Assembly (NCBI GenBank): GCA_963783575.1
Contig: CAWAOD010000018.1
Location: forward strand, 64,001-128,000
DNA from: an uncultured Spirochaetota bacterium
Lineage (GTDB): Bacteria; Spirochaetota; Brevinematia; Brevinematales; JAOACQ01
Reading direction: 5' to 3'
DNA: 64,000 nucleotides
In this document: one piece after another, positions 9,106-18,795 of the stretch
Layout of the letters: every line of letters starts with the position of its first letter
How positions within the stretch are numbered: the stretch's first letter is position 1
Notes under the pieces: model-generated
What the model saw: only the letters and a program-made list of their open reading frames with translations
Database searches by the model: none
What the model was told of the DNA's origin: nothing
Program-made: the position numbers and the translations under genes

Positions 9106-9324
9106 ATGCCAGTAAAGAAGGGAACAACTGTTAAAAGCGGTACTACGGGGACATCCGGAACAAGAAAAAAGGCTGAGAAACCAGAACTGCACAAATTCCT
9201 TAACGAAATTGAAAAAAGGGCTTATGAAATCTATCTTGAAAGAAAAAAGAACGGAATTTCCGGCGATGAAATGTCTGATTGGTTGAAAGCAGAGAACGAG
9301 ATCAAAGTCAAGTATGGTATTTAA
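9106..9324 (+). CDS. DUF2934-like small protein with a basic N-terminal tail
   Basis: IEKRAYEIYLER..G..DWLKAENEI motif; AAGGAGG RBS before ATG 9106. Confidence 0.75.
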   Translation: MPVKKGTTVKSGTTGTSGTRKKAEKPELHKFLNEIEKRAYEIYLERKKNGISGDEMSDWLKAENEIKVKYGI

Positions 9325-9673
9325 TAATCCTGATTCAGGTATGACGTTTTCAAAATATCTATGACCATTGATTAATTTTATTATAATTGATAAAATATTG
9401 TAAATTTAATATTATGGAAGCGCCATACAAATTATTTATTTTATATTATTTCTTGTAATTTCCATTTTTTCAATTGATACTATAGATACTATATTACTAA
9501 GTAGTGTCTTTTTATTTCATATTTATAATATTAAAACAATTAATTATGATTATGAGTTTTATTTGATTTTCAGAAATATTCAGACATAGCAATTATTTTG
9601 TAAATACTTAAAATATTTAGTTATGAAAATCCGCAAATCCAAAACCTATATCTTTGAATTTAGGAGCATTTTT

Positions 9674-10678
9674 ATGTCCGAAAAAACTATAGCTATTATT
9701 GGAGCGACTGGAGCAATCGGCAGAGAAATGATCAGAACCTTGGAAAGAAGGAAATTTCCGGTAAAAGAATTGAGGCTATTTGCTCAAGGGAATACTAATG
9801 ATAAATTTATGAAATTTGAAAATGAAGATATTATTGTTGAGGAATTAAACGAAAATTCTTTTCAAAAACAAGGAATAGATATAGCTCTTTTCTCGGCAGG
9901 CAGCTTGGTTAGTGCAAAATATTGTCGGAAAGCCGCTGATTTTGGATCTACCGTCATTGATAATTCAAATGCCTGGAGGATGGATGTAAATGTACCGCTG
10001 ATTGTACCCGAAGTCAATCCTGAAGATATAAATAATCATAATGGAATAATAGCAAACCCGAATTGTTCAACAATCCAGATGGTGGCTACATTAAAACCTC
10101 TTCATGATTTCGGCAATATTAAAAAAATAATTGTTTCTACATATCAATCTGTTTCAGGGGCCGGGCAAAAAGGTATTGACGAATTATGGGACCAGACAAA
10201 AGATATTATGGAAGGGAAAAATATTAAAATTTCCAAATTCCCAAAACAAATAGCATATAACCTTATTCCCCAGGTTGATGTTTTTATGGATAATTATTAT
10301 ACAAAAGAAGAGATGAAAATCGTCAATGAAACTGCAAAGATACTCCATTCTAAAGACATACAGATAACTGCTACCTGTGTCAACGTACCCGTACTCAGAA
10401 GTCATGGTGAAAGTATTTATGTGGAAACAGAAAGGAAAATTTCAAGAAATAAAGCCATTGAATTATTCTCCCAATTTCCAAATCTTGTCGTTATGGATAA
10501 TAAGGAAAGCATGATTTATCCTACTCCTGTCGAAGCAGAAGATAATTTTGAAACCTATGTCGGCAGGATCAGGGAAGATCTTTCCCATCCCAGAGCACTT
10601 AATTTCTGGGTCGTGGCCGATAACATCCTGAAGGGAGCAGCATCAAACGCAGTACAAATTGCGGAACTTCTTATTTAA
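9674..10678 (+). CDS. asd: Aspartate-semialdehyde dehydrogenase
   Basis: GATGAIG, IIANPNCSTIQ, STYQSVSGAG, DNILKGAASNAVQIAE; AGGAG RBS before ATG 9674. Confidence 0.96.
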   Translation: MSEKTIAIIGATGAIGREMIRTLERRKFPVKELRLFAQGNTNDKFMKFENEDIIVEELNENSFQKQGIDIALFSAGSLVSAKYCRKAADFGSTVIDNSNAWRMDVNVPLIVPEVNPEDINNHNGIIANPNCSTIQMVATLKPLHDFGNIKKIIVSTYQSVSGAGQKGIDELWDQTKDIMEGKNIKISKFPKQIAYNLIPQVDVFMDNYYTKEEMKIVNETAKILHSKDIQITATCVNVPVLRSHGESIYVETERKISRNKAIELFSQFPNLVVMDNKESMIYPTPVEAEDNFETYVGRIREDLSHPRALNFWVVADNILKGAASNAVQIAELLI

Positions 10679-10776
10679 TAAGCGTGCCGCTTATCTGATA
10701 TGGACAGATCGTGACAAATATATTTCCGGCAAGAAGTTGGCAAATCGTAATAATATATTAGAGATTTTGAAAAATA

Positions 10777-11052
10777 TTAAGAAAGCTGTTTTAATAATAA
10801 TTTTTGTGCTTCCTGAGCAGTTATCATCTCTTTTATTTCAATATCATCATAATATTTACTCCAGGAATTAAATTTTTTTTCAAACTCATTCCTGTCGATT
10901 GCTTCCCATATACTGAAACCAATGGCAGGATCATTTTTAAGACAATATGTATCACCTCTGATAGAACTTCTATCCAATTCACCTTTTTGCAATTTCTGCC
11001 CGAATTCCGGCATTTTACTGATGTTTACCTTTACTTTAACCTGAAATAACAT
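10777..11052 (-). CDS. Small hypothetical protein (possibly dimeric alpha/beta-barrel fold)
   Basis: 91-aa ORF with GGAGG RBS, co-directional just downstream of the ECF sigma gene. Confidence 0.65.
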   Translation of the reverse strand: MLFQVKVKVNISKMPEFGQKLQKGELDRSSIRGDTYCLKNDPAIGFSIWEAIDRNEFEKKFNSWSKYYDDIEIKEMITAQEAQKLLLKQLS

Positions 11053-11173
11053 GGTTTCCCTCCATTTATTATAAATTTTCCAGACCTTTTTTCAGAATTT
11101 CAACTATGACCCATCTTCTGCCTGCCTGAAGCCTATCAAATATTGTATTATATTAGATACAAAAAAAATGGAG

Positions 11174-12016
11174 TTATTTCACTTTTGACCGGGAAAAAAT
11201 GAGAGAATATTTTTGAGTAATCGACTTTTGAATAGATTGAAAAAAATCCGGCGGGAGATCTTGATCCGGTATGCTTTGATAAAGCAAAACTATTTTTTTT
11301 AGATTATTTATTTCATTTTCAATTTTGTGTATAATTGAATCCATTTCATAATTTGATCGATGCGGTTGATATTTTTGAATCCAATTCTTCTTTAAGGAAA
11401 AATCAATAAGATTTTCACAATTACATCTATTGTTTTTATTATATAATGAACAATTATTACATAAAAAATCTTTAATATTTAACCTTGCCCTGTGAACTAA
11501 AGTCCGTGCAGCACTTTTTGTTTTATTTAAAATAACAGAGATATCTTTTATGGGAATATTAAATAATGTGTGAAAAATAAAGGCTGTCCTCTGGTTAAAT
11601 GAAAGACAGCGCAAAAGGCCCAACAGGCAGCCTTCTTTTACCTGTTCAATATAAAACTTTTTTTCTATTTTTGAATATGGGGCATTCAACTCAATTTTTT
11701 CCGGGTTTGAAGAAACATTATTTATCAAATCTTCCATCAAACTTCTTCTTTTATTTTGCTGAAACCGGAATGATAAGTTTTTAGCAATAGCAAATATCCA
11801 AGTAAAAATATGGCTGTCTTCCTTAAAACTGCTTATATTGTTAAACACCTGAATCAAAGTGTCCTGAGTTATATCCCTTGCATCTTCTTTATTACCAGTT
11901 ATTTTAAAAGCAAGATTATATATCTTCTTACCATATAATTCATATAATAATTTAAAACCATTTTCAGATTTATTCTTTAACTGAAGAACCAATTTTTCCT
12001 GATCTTTTAAATCCAT
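11174..12016 (-). CDS. ECF sigma-70 factor with Cys-rich C-terminal extension
   Basis: Region 2 (DARDITQDTLIQVF..FTWIFAIAKN), region 4 (QRTAF..AARTLVHRAR), CLLGLLRCL linker, CNNC..RCNC extension. Confidence 0.9.
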   Translation of the reverse strand: MDLKDQEKLVLQLKNKSENGFKLLYELYGKKIYNLAFKITGNKEDARDITQDTLIQVFNNISSFKEDSHIFTWIFAIAKNLSFRFQQNKRRSLMEDLINNVSSNPEKIELNAPYSKIEKKFYIEQVKEGCLLGLLRCLSFNQRTAFIFHTLFNIPIKDISVILNKTKSAARTLVHRARLNIKDFLCNNCSLYNKNNRCNCENLIDFSLKKNWIQKYQPHRSNYEMDSIIHKIENEINNLKKIVLLYQSIPDQDLPPDFFQSIQKSITQKYSLIFSRSKVK

Positions 12017-12270
12017 ATATTCCTTATGTTTTATAATAGTTAATTTATTATTTTACTAAATTTATTTTATAAAACACTTATGTTATTGTCAAAGAAAAAA
12101 ATACTAGAAAATATATATTTAAATAACTTAATATATTATTTAATACCAATAAGATAATAATATTTATGTTAAATAAATGTAAAAATTATTAATTAATAAT
12201 TAAACAATAATCTAACATAAAAATACAATTTAAAATTATTAAGGATAATAAAGAAAAAAAGGAGGCTGTT

Positions 12271-12612
12271 ATGCAGTCAAGCGTTAATGTAATCGTTGTT
12301 GAAGGTGGAGTTGTACGTGACCCTGAGTTGAAGTACACTTCCGATGGCTTGGCTTATACCAAGTTTAGCGTTGCGAATTCAAGTATCTCCTACAAAAACG
12401 GAGAAAAAGGCGAGGAGGTCAGTTATTTTGACATCAGCGCCTGGGGCAAATTAGCCGAAGTCTGCGCAACATATCTGAAAAAGGGTAAAAAAATAATTGT
12501 TTCTGGCAAGCTGAAACAATCCCGCTGGAAAGCCGAGGATGGAAAATCGAAAAGCGCAATTAAAATTATTGCCCAGGATATTAAATTTCTTCCCTTCCAT
12601 AAAAAAGCCTAA
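12271..12612 (+). CDS. ssb: Single-stranded DNA-binding protein, short form without acidic tail
   Basis: OB-fold motifs RDPELKYT, FSVAN, AWGKLAEVCATYLKKG, GKLKQSRW. Confidence 0.88.
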   Translation: MQSSVNVIVVEGGVVRDPELKYTSDGLAYTKFSVANSSISYKNGEKGEEVSYFDISAWGKLAEVCATYLKKGKKIIVSGKLKQSRWKAEDGKSKSAIKIIAQDIKFLPFHKKA

Positions 12613-12615
12613 TGG

Positions 12616-12654
12616 AAAACCGGGTTTTGCAATTATTGCAAACCCGGTTTTTTT
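12616..12654. terminator. Rho-independent terminator, possibly bidirectional
   Basis: AAAACCGGGTTTTGCAAT/ATTGCAAACCCGGTTTTTTT hairpin between convergent genes. Confidence 0.8.
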
Positions 12655-12754
12655 ATTTAGGTTAATTATAGTAGTATAATAAGGCCGCATCTATATTTTT
12701 ATTATATTAATAATAAGTATTTGTATATTGATTAATAATCAAACATAATGTTTG

Positions 12755-14722
12755 TTAAAGCTGGATTTCTGTCTGTAAAGAATATGTAGATTTTTCGGTA
12801 ATATTACCAGAAGAATCCGATTGAAAATATTTCTTGTAATTAATTCCAACATAAGCTCCATCAGCTATCTGATAGAATATCTGGGTTGTAACTACAGCTC
12901 CGTTGCCAAAAAAATTGTTAAACAAAGTTGTAAAATCAAAATCTTTCTTGTCATAAGATATCGAACCGTATGCTTTTTTAAAGAGACATTTATTAATGCT
13001 TGCTTCAATATGCAGAAAATTAACAGAGTTCGTTGAAAATACAATTGGATAATACTGCTGATACCCTAAAGAAAGACTACCGATACCTTCAAAATTTTTT
13101 CCAATTTCAAAAAGCCAGCCGTTATAATCATTTGTTGAATCGGTAACCAACGCCAGATATTCTTCTTCTTTATCTATATCATAATATTTATCCACATAAT
13201 TCGGAATAAAGCCATCCTTTATATAACGGTATTCTGCCTTATAATCAAATATTGCGATAGTTCCTTTAAACCCTCCGGTAATCCCTAATCCTTTCTGATA
13301 AACATTGGTTTCCAGAACCGAGTCGGAATATCCGAGCGTTGCACCATCCGAATATAAAGTTGAGCTTAAAAATTGGTTCTGTAATATCGGCAGATCAATA
13401 TCCGTACCATATCCGTATACTTTTCTCTTCCCGTCCTCCAGAGGATCCAAATCTGTAAAACCTGAAAAGCCCAAACCCAGATTTCCAAAGAAAGGAACAC
13501 TATAGAAAGGCCTTACAAAAAGCCTTCCTCCCATTAATTTTGTAAGAAAAACATCGCCCATCATGGATTCAAAGCCAGCGGCGCCGAAATCTACATTTAA
13601 CTGGAATCCGACTTTCCGCAATGCAGGGAATTGAAGATCGTTTGCATATTTATCGATCATAAATCCATGACCAATGGTGATGCTGGGTATTGTTCCAATA
13701 TTCAAAAGGATATTTTTATTTTGATACTGAATAAATTTAATTTTTAATAGGAGATCATGAGCCGAATCCTGCCATGAGGTAAAATCCCATTCATTATTGT
13801 TATACCATTTGTTTGGATAAAAAACATCATCCAGATTATGATAGTAAATAGGCAGATATAAACCGAACGAAAAGTCTCCGAATTTGAAAGCAGGATCAAA
13901 TAATATTTTATTCCAGACACTATTATCGATTGATTCTGCACTGACAGACCAGTTAATACCCTCATCACTGCAAGCTTTTTCTGTTTTACCTGGTTTTTCA
14001 GTCTTAGCCGGATTTTCTACAGGTGCCGGAACAGGTTGAACAGGGGTTTGCGGCTTTATTTCTTCTGGTTTAACTGGAGCCTTATAATCACTGTCAAATT
14101 CTTTAATCTGATCTATTGATGCGGCTTCAGGAATAGATGGTGCATCACCCGGGTTAATCGGGAGCTTTGTCAAAAAACCTTCTTTGACTAAAACAGGCTG
14201 AAGTTTTTCAAGGGAATCAAAAACAGCTACAGCTCCTTCACTCACAACCAGGGAACCTCCCTGATCAGGATAAAATGACACACCAAACCTGGTACCCCTA
14301 ACAGCAGCCACAGCAGTCTGCGTTTCTACCCTGAAGTCCTGATTATCTGACTTTTTGACTTTTGCAAATATTTTACCCATTAATAAAGAGATAACACTTC
14401 TTTTTTTATTATTGTAATCTTGCATAATATTACCGATTTTTACACTTGAAAGACCAATAATGTTGACCGATGATCCATCTGGGAAATCCAATTCCAAATT
14501 ATCATTTTTGCCGCTAACCCGAACATCCGCGGTTTCCGGTATTTTATCGCCATACTTTAGTACCTGCCAATCTCCATCGCCGACTTTGTATTCACAAGTA
14601 CCTATAAATGGGCCTACTGTTACAGTATTATTGGTTTCCTGGGCATATATATTTTTTGATGATAAAAAACAAATTATTAAAAGAGGCAATAGTACTTTTA
14701 TGTAATTCATACTTCCCTCCAA
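12755..14722 (-). CDS. Exported FecR-domain protein with Pro-rich linker and predicted outer-membrane beta-barrel
   Basis: Signal peptide (start probably MNYIK); FecR motifs FPDGSSV, LLMGKIFAKV, VETQTAVAAVRGTRF; PQTPVQPVPAP linker; C-terminal domain paralogous to 14733..16109. Confidence 0.75.
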   Translation of the reverse strand: MEGSMNYIKVLLPLLIICFLSSKNIYAQETNNTVTVGPFIGTCEYKVGDGDWQVLKYGDKIPETADVRVSGKNDNLELDFPDGSSVNIIGLSSVKIGNIMQDYNNKKRSVISLLMGKIFAKVKKSDNQDFRVETQTAVAAVRGTRFGVSFYPDQGGSLVVSEGAVAVFDSLEKLQPVLVKEGFLTKLPINPGDAPSIPEAASIDQIKEFDSDYKAPVKPEEIKPQTPVQPVPAPVENPAKTEKPGKTEKACSDEGINWSVSAESIDNSVWNKILFDPAFKFGDFSFGLYLPIYYHNLDDVFYPNKWYNNNEWDFTSWQDSAHDLLLKIKFIQYQNKNILLNIGTIPSITIGHGFMIDKYANDLQFPALRKVGFQLNVDFGAAGFESMMGDVFLTKLMGGRLFVRPFYSVPFFGNLGLGFSGFTDLDPLEDGKRKVYGYGTDIDLPILQNQFLSSTLYSDGATLGYSDSVLETNVYQKGLGITGGFKGTIAIFDYKAEYRYIKDGFIPNYVDKYYDIDKEEEYLALVTDSTNDYNGWLFEIGKNFEGIGSLSLGYQQYYPIVFSTNSVNFLHIEASINKCLFKKAYGSISYDKKDFDFTTLFNNFFGNGAVVTTQIFYQIADGAYVGINYKKYFQSDSSGNITEKSTYSLQTEIQL

Positions 14723-14732
14723 TTAGTCGGTA

Positions 14733-16109
14733 CTAGAAATTGATCTTTGTGCTAACGCTCGTTGTATTAAATGACTGAACATTGCCATTCTCATCAACCT
14801 GAAAACTCCTTTTGTAATTAATACTAATGGCAAGATTTTCAGTTATATAATAATCCACATTAAAGGATAAAACCGAATTTTCATTGTCTATATATAAGAT
14901 GTCAGAAAAAGATGTCAGATTTTTCCTTGTCCAGGAAAGCTCTATACCCAATCGTTTGATCAAATCCCTTGATAATCCGAAAGTTAAGGTTAACATTGGC
15001 TTTGAATCCACCGCAAAGCTGTTCTCAATTTTTAAAAGCCCGTACAATTTATTATCAAAAACCGATATACCGGTATTAAACATCCATCCGATATCGCCAT
15101 TGGTTATTTCATCAAGGCTGTCATATTTAATAGACCTTTCCGAATCATAATAGACATCAAAATAATTGGGAACAAATTTTGGCTGTATAAATCTCATTTC
15201 CATTTGATATGGTATTATGTTAACAATACTTCCTCCAAAGCCCAATGCTTCACCTGTCCCTTTTCCGTTTATTCCGGCAAAATCGATATATGAACGCAAT
15301 GTGAAAGCAGGAATATTTACAATAGGTAGATCAACATCTCCGCCAAATACTGTTACCGTTTGACCGCTGCTTGAAACTGTAAAATCATATGGATTATCCG
15401 CCGGTGGTGCCGGAATCTGAGGATCAAGATCGGCAGCGACGGTAACCCCGATTTCCAGATTCTTGACAACCGGAACATCAAGATCTAAAAGCGGCCTGCC
15501 GTACATTCTTATACCAAGAATATCAAAAGTAAATAAATTATCAGCCATTGCCTCGAATCCGAATCTGTTCAAATCAAGGTCAAAAGCAAGACCGATTTTT
15601 TTGATCACTGGATAATTAAGCATATTTGAAAAACGATTTACTATAAAGCCATTCCCTAATATAAAATCATTTATTCCACCGATTTTCGCATAAACTGGAT
15701 CCCCCTTAATCCCATAGCGGATATACATAATCTTTGATAATACCGCCTGCCAGGAATTCCATTCGGTAATTCTAAAATTACCATCTGCATCAAATTCAAA
15801 ATTAATATCCAGGCCTATCCCAAATTTACCAAACGTTAATTCCGGTTGAAAACGGATTGAGTTAAAATTTGTCCCATCGATTGTCATAGTCCCGAATTGA
15901 AGCCCCATACCGAAATTCGGAGCAGACGGTTGTGCCGGATTATTCTGCATTTGCTGATTTTGATTAGAAGAACCGGTATTTTGCTGTTCCTGATTATTGG
16001 CGGGTGCATTGGTATCGGATGTGATATTTTGTGAAAATGTTATCGAATAAAATAAGAAAAAAAGGACAAAAATATATACTGATTTTATTTCCATAATCAT
16101 AACCTCCAA
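14733..16109 (-). CDS. Exported predicted outer-membrane beta-barrel protein, paralog of the adjacent gene's C-terminal domain
   Basis: Signal peptide, Q/N-rich linker, amphipathic beta strands, terminal Phe (TKINF). Confidence 0.7.
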   Translation of the reverse strand: MEVMIMEIKSVYIFVLFFLFYSITFSQNITSDTNAPANNQEQQNTGSSNQNQQMQNNPAQPSAPNFGMGLQFGTMTIDGTNFNSIRFQPELTFGKFGIGLDINFEFDADGNFRITEWNSWQAVLSKIMYIRYGIKGDPVYAKIGGINDFILGNGFIVNRFSNMLNYPVIKKIGLAFDLDLNRFGFEAMADNLFTFDILGIRMYGRPLLDLDVPVVKNLEIGVTVAADLDPQIPAPPADNPYDFTVSSSGQTVTVFGGDVDLPIVNIPAFTLRSYIDFAGINGKGTGEALGFGGSIVNIIPYQMEMRFIQPKFVPNYFDVYYDSERSIKYDSLDEITNGDIGWMFNTGISVFDNKLYGLLKIENSFAVDSKPMLTLTFGLSRDLIKRLGIELSWTRKNLTSFSDILYIDNENSVLSFNVDYYITENLAISINYKRSFQVDENGNVQSFNTTSVSTKINF

Positions 16110-16391
16110 ATGTTACAATTTAATTAAATGAATATTGAATAAACATGATAACTTGTTATAAAGAAATTTCAAGAAATTACTTTATTAATGTAAATTTATT
16201 TACCTATAATATAATACTAATTATCAATGAAAAACAAGAAATATCAATAACAATCTAATTAAATATATACTTTATCTGAGATTCAATCTCGTTGATTAAT
16301 AAAGTAATTCATTGTATAATTAAGTTGTAATGATTAATCCCAAGTTGATTTTATTAATAAAGTATAATGTTTTTTTAACATAGGAAAAAAT

Positions 16392-18200
16392 ATGTCTTAT
16401 AAACAATACATAAGAAATTTTTCTATAATCGCGCATATTGATCATGGTAAATCCACTTTGGCTGACAGGATTCTTGAATACACTGGCGTGACGGATAAAA
16501 CTAAACCTGTTGAACAGATTCTTGATTCTATGGAAGTGGAAAAAGAGCATGGAATCACTGTTAAAGCTCATACTGTATCTGTTCCTTTCAAGGCTAAAGA
16601 CGGCGGGGATTACATTTTAAATCTGATAGACACCCCGGGGCATGTAGATTTTTCATACGAAGTATCCCGCAGTCTTGGGGCATGCGAGGGTGTACTGCTT
16701 CTCATTGATGCTTCACAGGGGGTTCAGGCCCAGACATTGTCAAATTTTTATCTTGCAGTAGACCAGAACCTGGTAATAATTCCTGTGATCAATAAAATCG
16801 ATCTTCCGAGTGCACATATAGATATGACGAAAGAACAAATAGAAAAAGATCTTGGACTTGACCCGGAAGAGTCATTACAGATTAGCGCTAAATCCGGAAT
16901 CGGAATTGTTGATGTTCTGGAATCGCTTGTTAATAAGATCCCGGAGCCTGAAGGTAATGAAGAAAACCGGCTTAAAGCCCTTGTTTTTGATTCATACTAC
17001 GATATTTATAGGGGAGTAATTGTAAAAGTCAGGGTTTTTGAGGGAAAAGTAAAGCATGGCGATGCTATTTCATTCATGCTATCAAACCGTGAATATCAGG
17101 TTGAAGAAGTGGGTTTTATGAGGATGAAACTCCTGAAAAGGGATGAATTGCGTGCCGGAGAAGTCGGATACATTATTGCGGGTATTAAATCAGTATCAGA
17201 ATTTGGCGTCGGCGATACTATAACCAGTAAAGAACACCCATGTGACCAGCCCCTTGCAGGCTACAAACCTCCCAAGCAGTATGTTTTCGCAGGTCTTTTC
17301 CCGATTGACGGCAAGGATTTTGACGAACTTCATGAAGCATTGTTCAAGTTAAAACTTAATGATGCTTCGCTATCTTTCCAGAAATGGAATTCTGGCGCTC
17401 TAGGAATGGGCTTTAAATGCGGTTTCCTGGGATTACTGCATCTTCAGATCATACAGGAGAGGCTTGAAAATGAATTCGGTCTTAACATCATATCGACCGT
17501 ACCATCAGTAGAATACAAAATTAGACTGACTAATAAAGAAACTATCTATATAGAAAACGCAACAGAGCTTCCGGACACTTCCAGCATTATGAAGATAGAA
17601 GAGCCAATTGTAAGTGCAAGAATAATACTTCCTAATGAATTCCTCGGTTCTATTCTTCAGCTTATTCAGGACAGAAGGGGTGTTCAGAAAAATATGATCT
17701 ATATCGATTCAACGCGTGTTGAAATATCCTGCGAGCTTCCGCTGGCTGAAATAATTTACGACTTTTACGATAAACTCAAATCATTTTCAAGAGGCTACGC
17801 ATCATTCGATTACGAATTTCTCGAATTCAGGGAAAGCGATGTTGTAAGAATGGAGATACTGGTTAATGGAAGCCCTGTAGATGCTTTATCACAAATGGTC
17901 CATAAAGACACATCATATAACAGAGCCAGGGAGGTATGTGAAAAATTGAGGGAGTTGATCCCACAACACCTCTTCCAGATTGCTATTCAGGCCTCAATCG
18001 GCAGCAAGATCATTGCACGGGAAACAATCAAAGCATTGAGAAAAGATGTAACAGCAAAATGCTATGGAGGCGATATCACCAGAAAAAGAAAGCTTCTGGA
18101 AAAACAGAAAGAGGGGAAAAAGAGAATGAAAACAATCGGTAATGTCGATATACCACAGGAAGCCTTTATCGAAGTTCTTAAAAGAGGGGAAGATGAATAA
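16392..18200 (+). CDS. lepA: Elongation factor 4 (LepA)
   Basis: IRNFSIIAHIDHGKSTLADR and KCYGGDITRKRKLLEKQKEGKKRMK. Confidence 0.98.
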   Translation: MSYKQYIRNFSIIAHIDHGKSTLADRILEYTGVTDKTKPVEQILDSMEVEKEHGITVKAHTVSVPFKAKDGGDYILNLIDTPGHVDFSYEVSRSLGACEGVLLLIDASQGVQAQTLSNFYLAVDQNLVIIPVINKIDLPSAHIDMTKEQIEKDLGLDPEESLQISAKSGIGIVDVLESLVNKIPEPEGNEENRLKALVFDSYYDIYRGVIVKVRVFEGKVKHGDAISFMLSNREYQVEEVGFMRMKLLKRDELRAGEVGYIIAGIKSVSEFGVGDTITSKEHPCDQPLAGYKPPKQYVFAGLFPIDGKDFDELHEALFKLKLNDASLSFQKWNSGALGMGFKCGFLGLLHLQIIQERLENEFGLNIISTVPSVEYKIRLTNKETIYIENATELPDTSSIMKIEEPIVSARIILPNEFLGSILQLIQDRRGVQKNMIYIDSTRVEISCELPLAEIIYDFYDKLKSFSRGYASFDYEFLEFRESDVVRMEILVNGSPVDALSQMVHKDTSYNRAREVCEKLRELIPQHLFQIAIQASIGSKIIARETIKALRKDVTAKCYGGDITRKRKLLEKQKEGKKRMKTIGNVDIPQEAFIEVLKRGEDE

Positions 18201-18795
18201 TATCGTACTGGCAAGCGCTTCTATTGGCAGAAAAAAACTCTTTCAAAATTATTTCACCCAATTCATAACTAGTGTTTCAAACATAGATGAAAGCAGGGTA
18301 AAAACCGGTGATCCTTACGAATTAACAAAAAAACTGGCTTTTTTAAAGGCGAAATCCATATCCAGATTTTATCAGGATGATTTTGTGATCGGTCTTGATA
18401 CAGTAGTCTTTTGTGAGGGGAAAATTGTCGGTAAGCCTATTAATAAAGAAGAAGCAATTGGAATCCTGAAATTTTTAAGCGGAAAAAAGCAGTCGGTTGT
18501 TACGGGATTTTGTATACTTAACCAGCAGTTGGGGGTTTCGATAAACGAATACTACGAAACTATTTTACTATTCAGGGAGTTAAGCGATTTATTCATCAGC
18601 GATTATGTAAAAAACAACCCGGTTACAAAGTTTGCCGGCGCTTATGCCGCTCAGGACCAGGATGAATTCATCACCTTAATCGAAGGTGATGTTGAGAACG
18701 TAATCGGCGCACCGATGAAAAGGATCATCTCCTGCCTGAAGAATTATCCGATCCCTCATTCAATTTTCAAGAAAAATGCCTTCCTCCCAAATTAA
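18193..18795 (+). CDS. maf: Maf-family nucleoside triphosphate pyrophosphatase
   Basis: IVLASAS..R, DTVV, GKP, LSGK, AGAY; start overlaps the lepA end. Confidence 0.85.
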   Translation: MNNIVLASASIGRKKLFQNYFTQFITSVSNIDESRVKTGDPYELTKKLAFLKAKSISRFYQDDFVIGLDTVVFCEGKIVGKPINKEEAIGILKFLSGKKQSVVTGFCILNQQLGVSINEYYETILLFRELSDLFISDYVKNNPVTKFAGAYAAQDQDEFITLIEGDVENVIGAPMKRIISCLKNYPIPHSIFKKNAFLPN

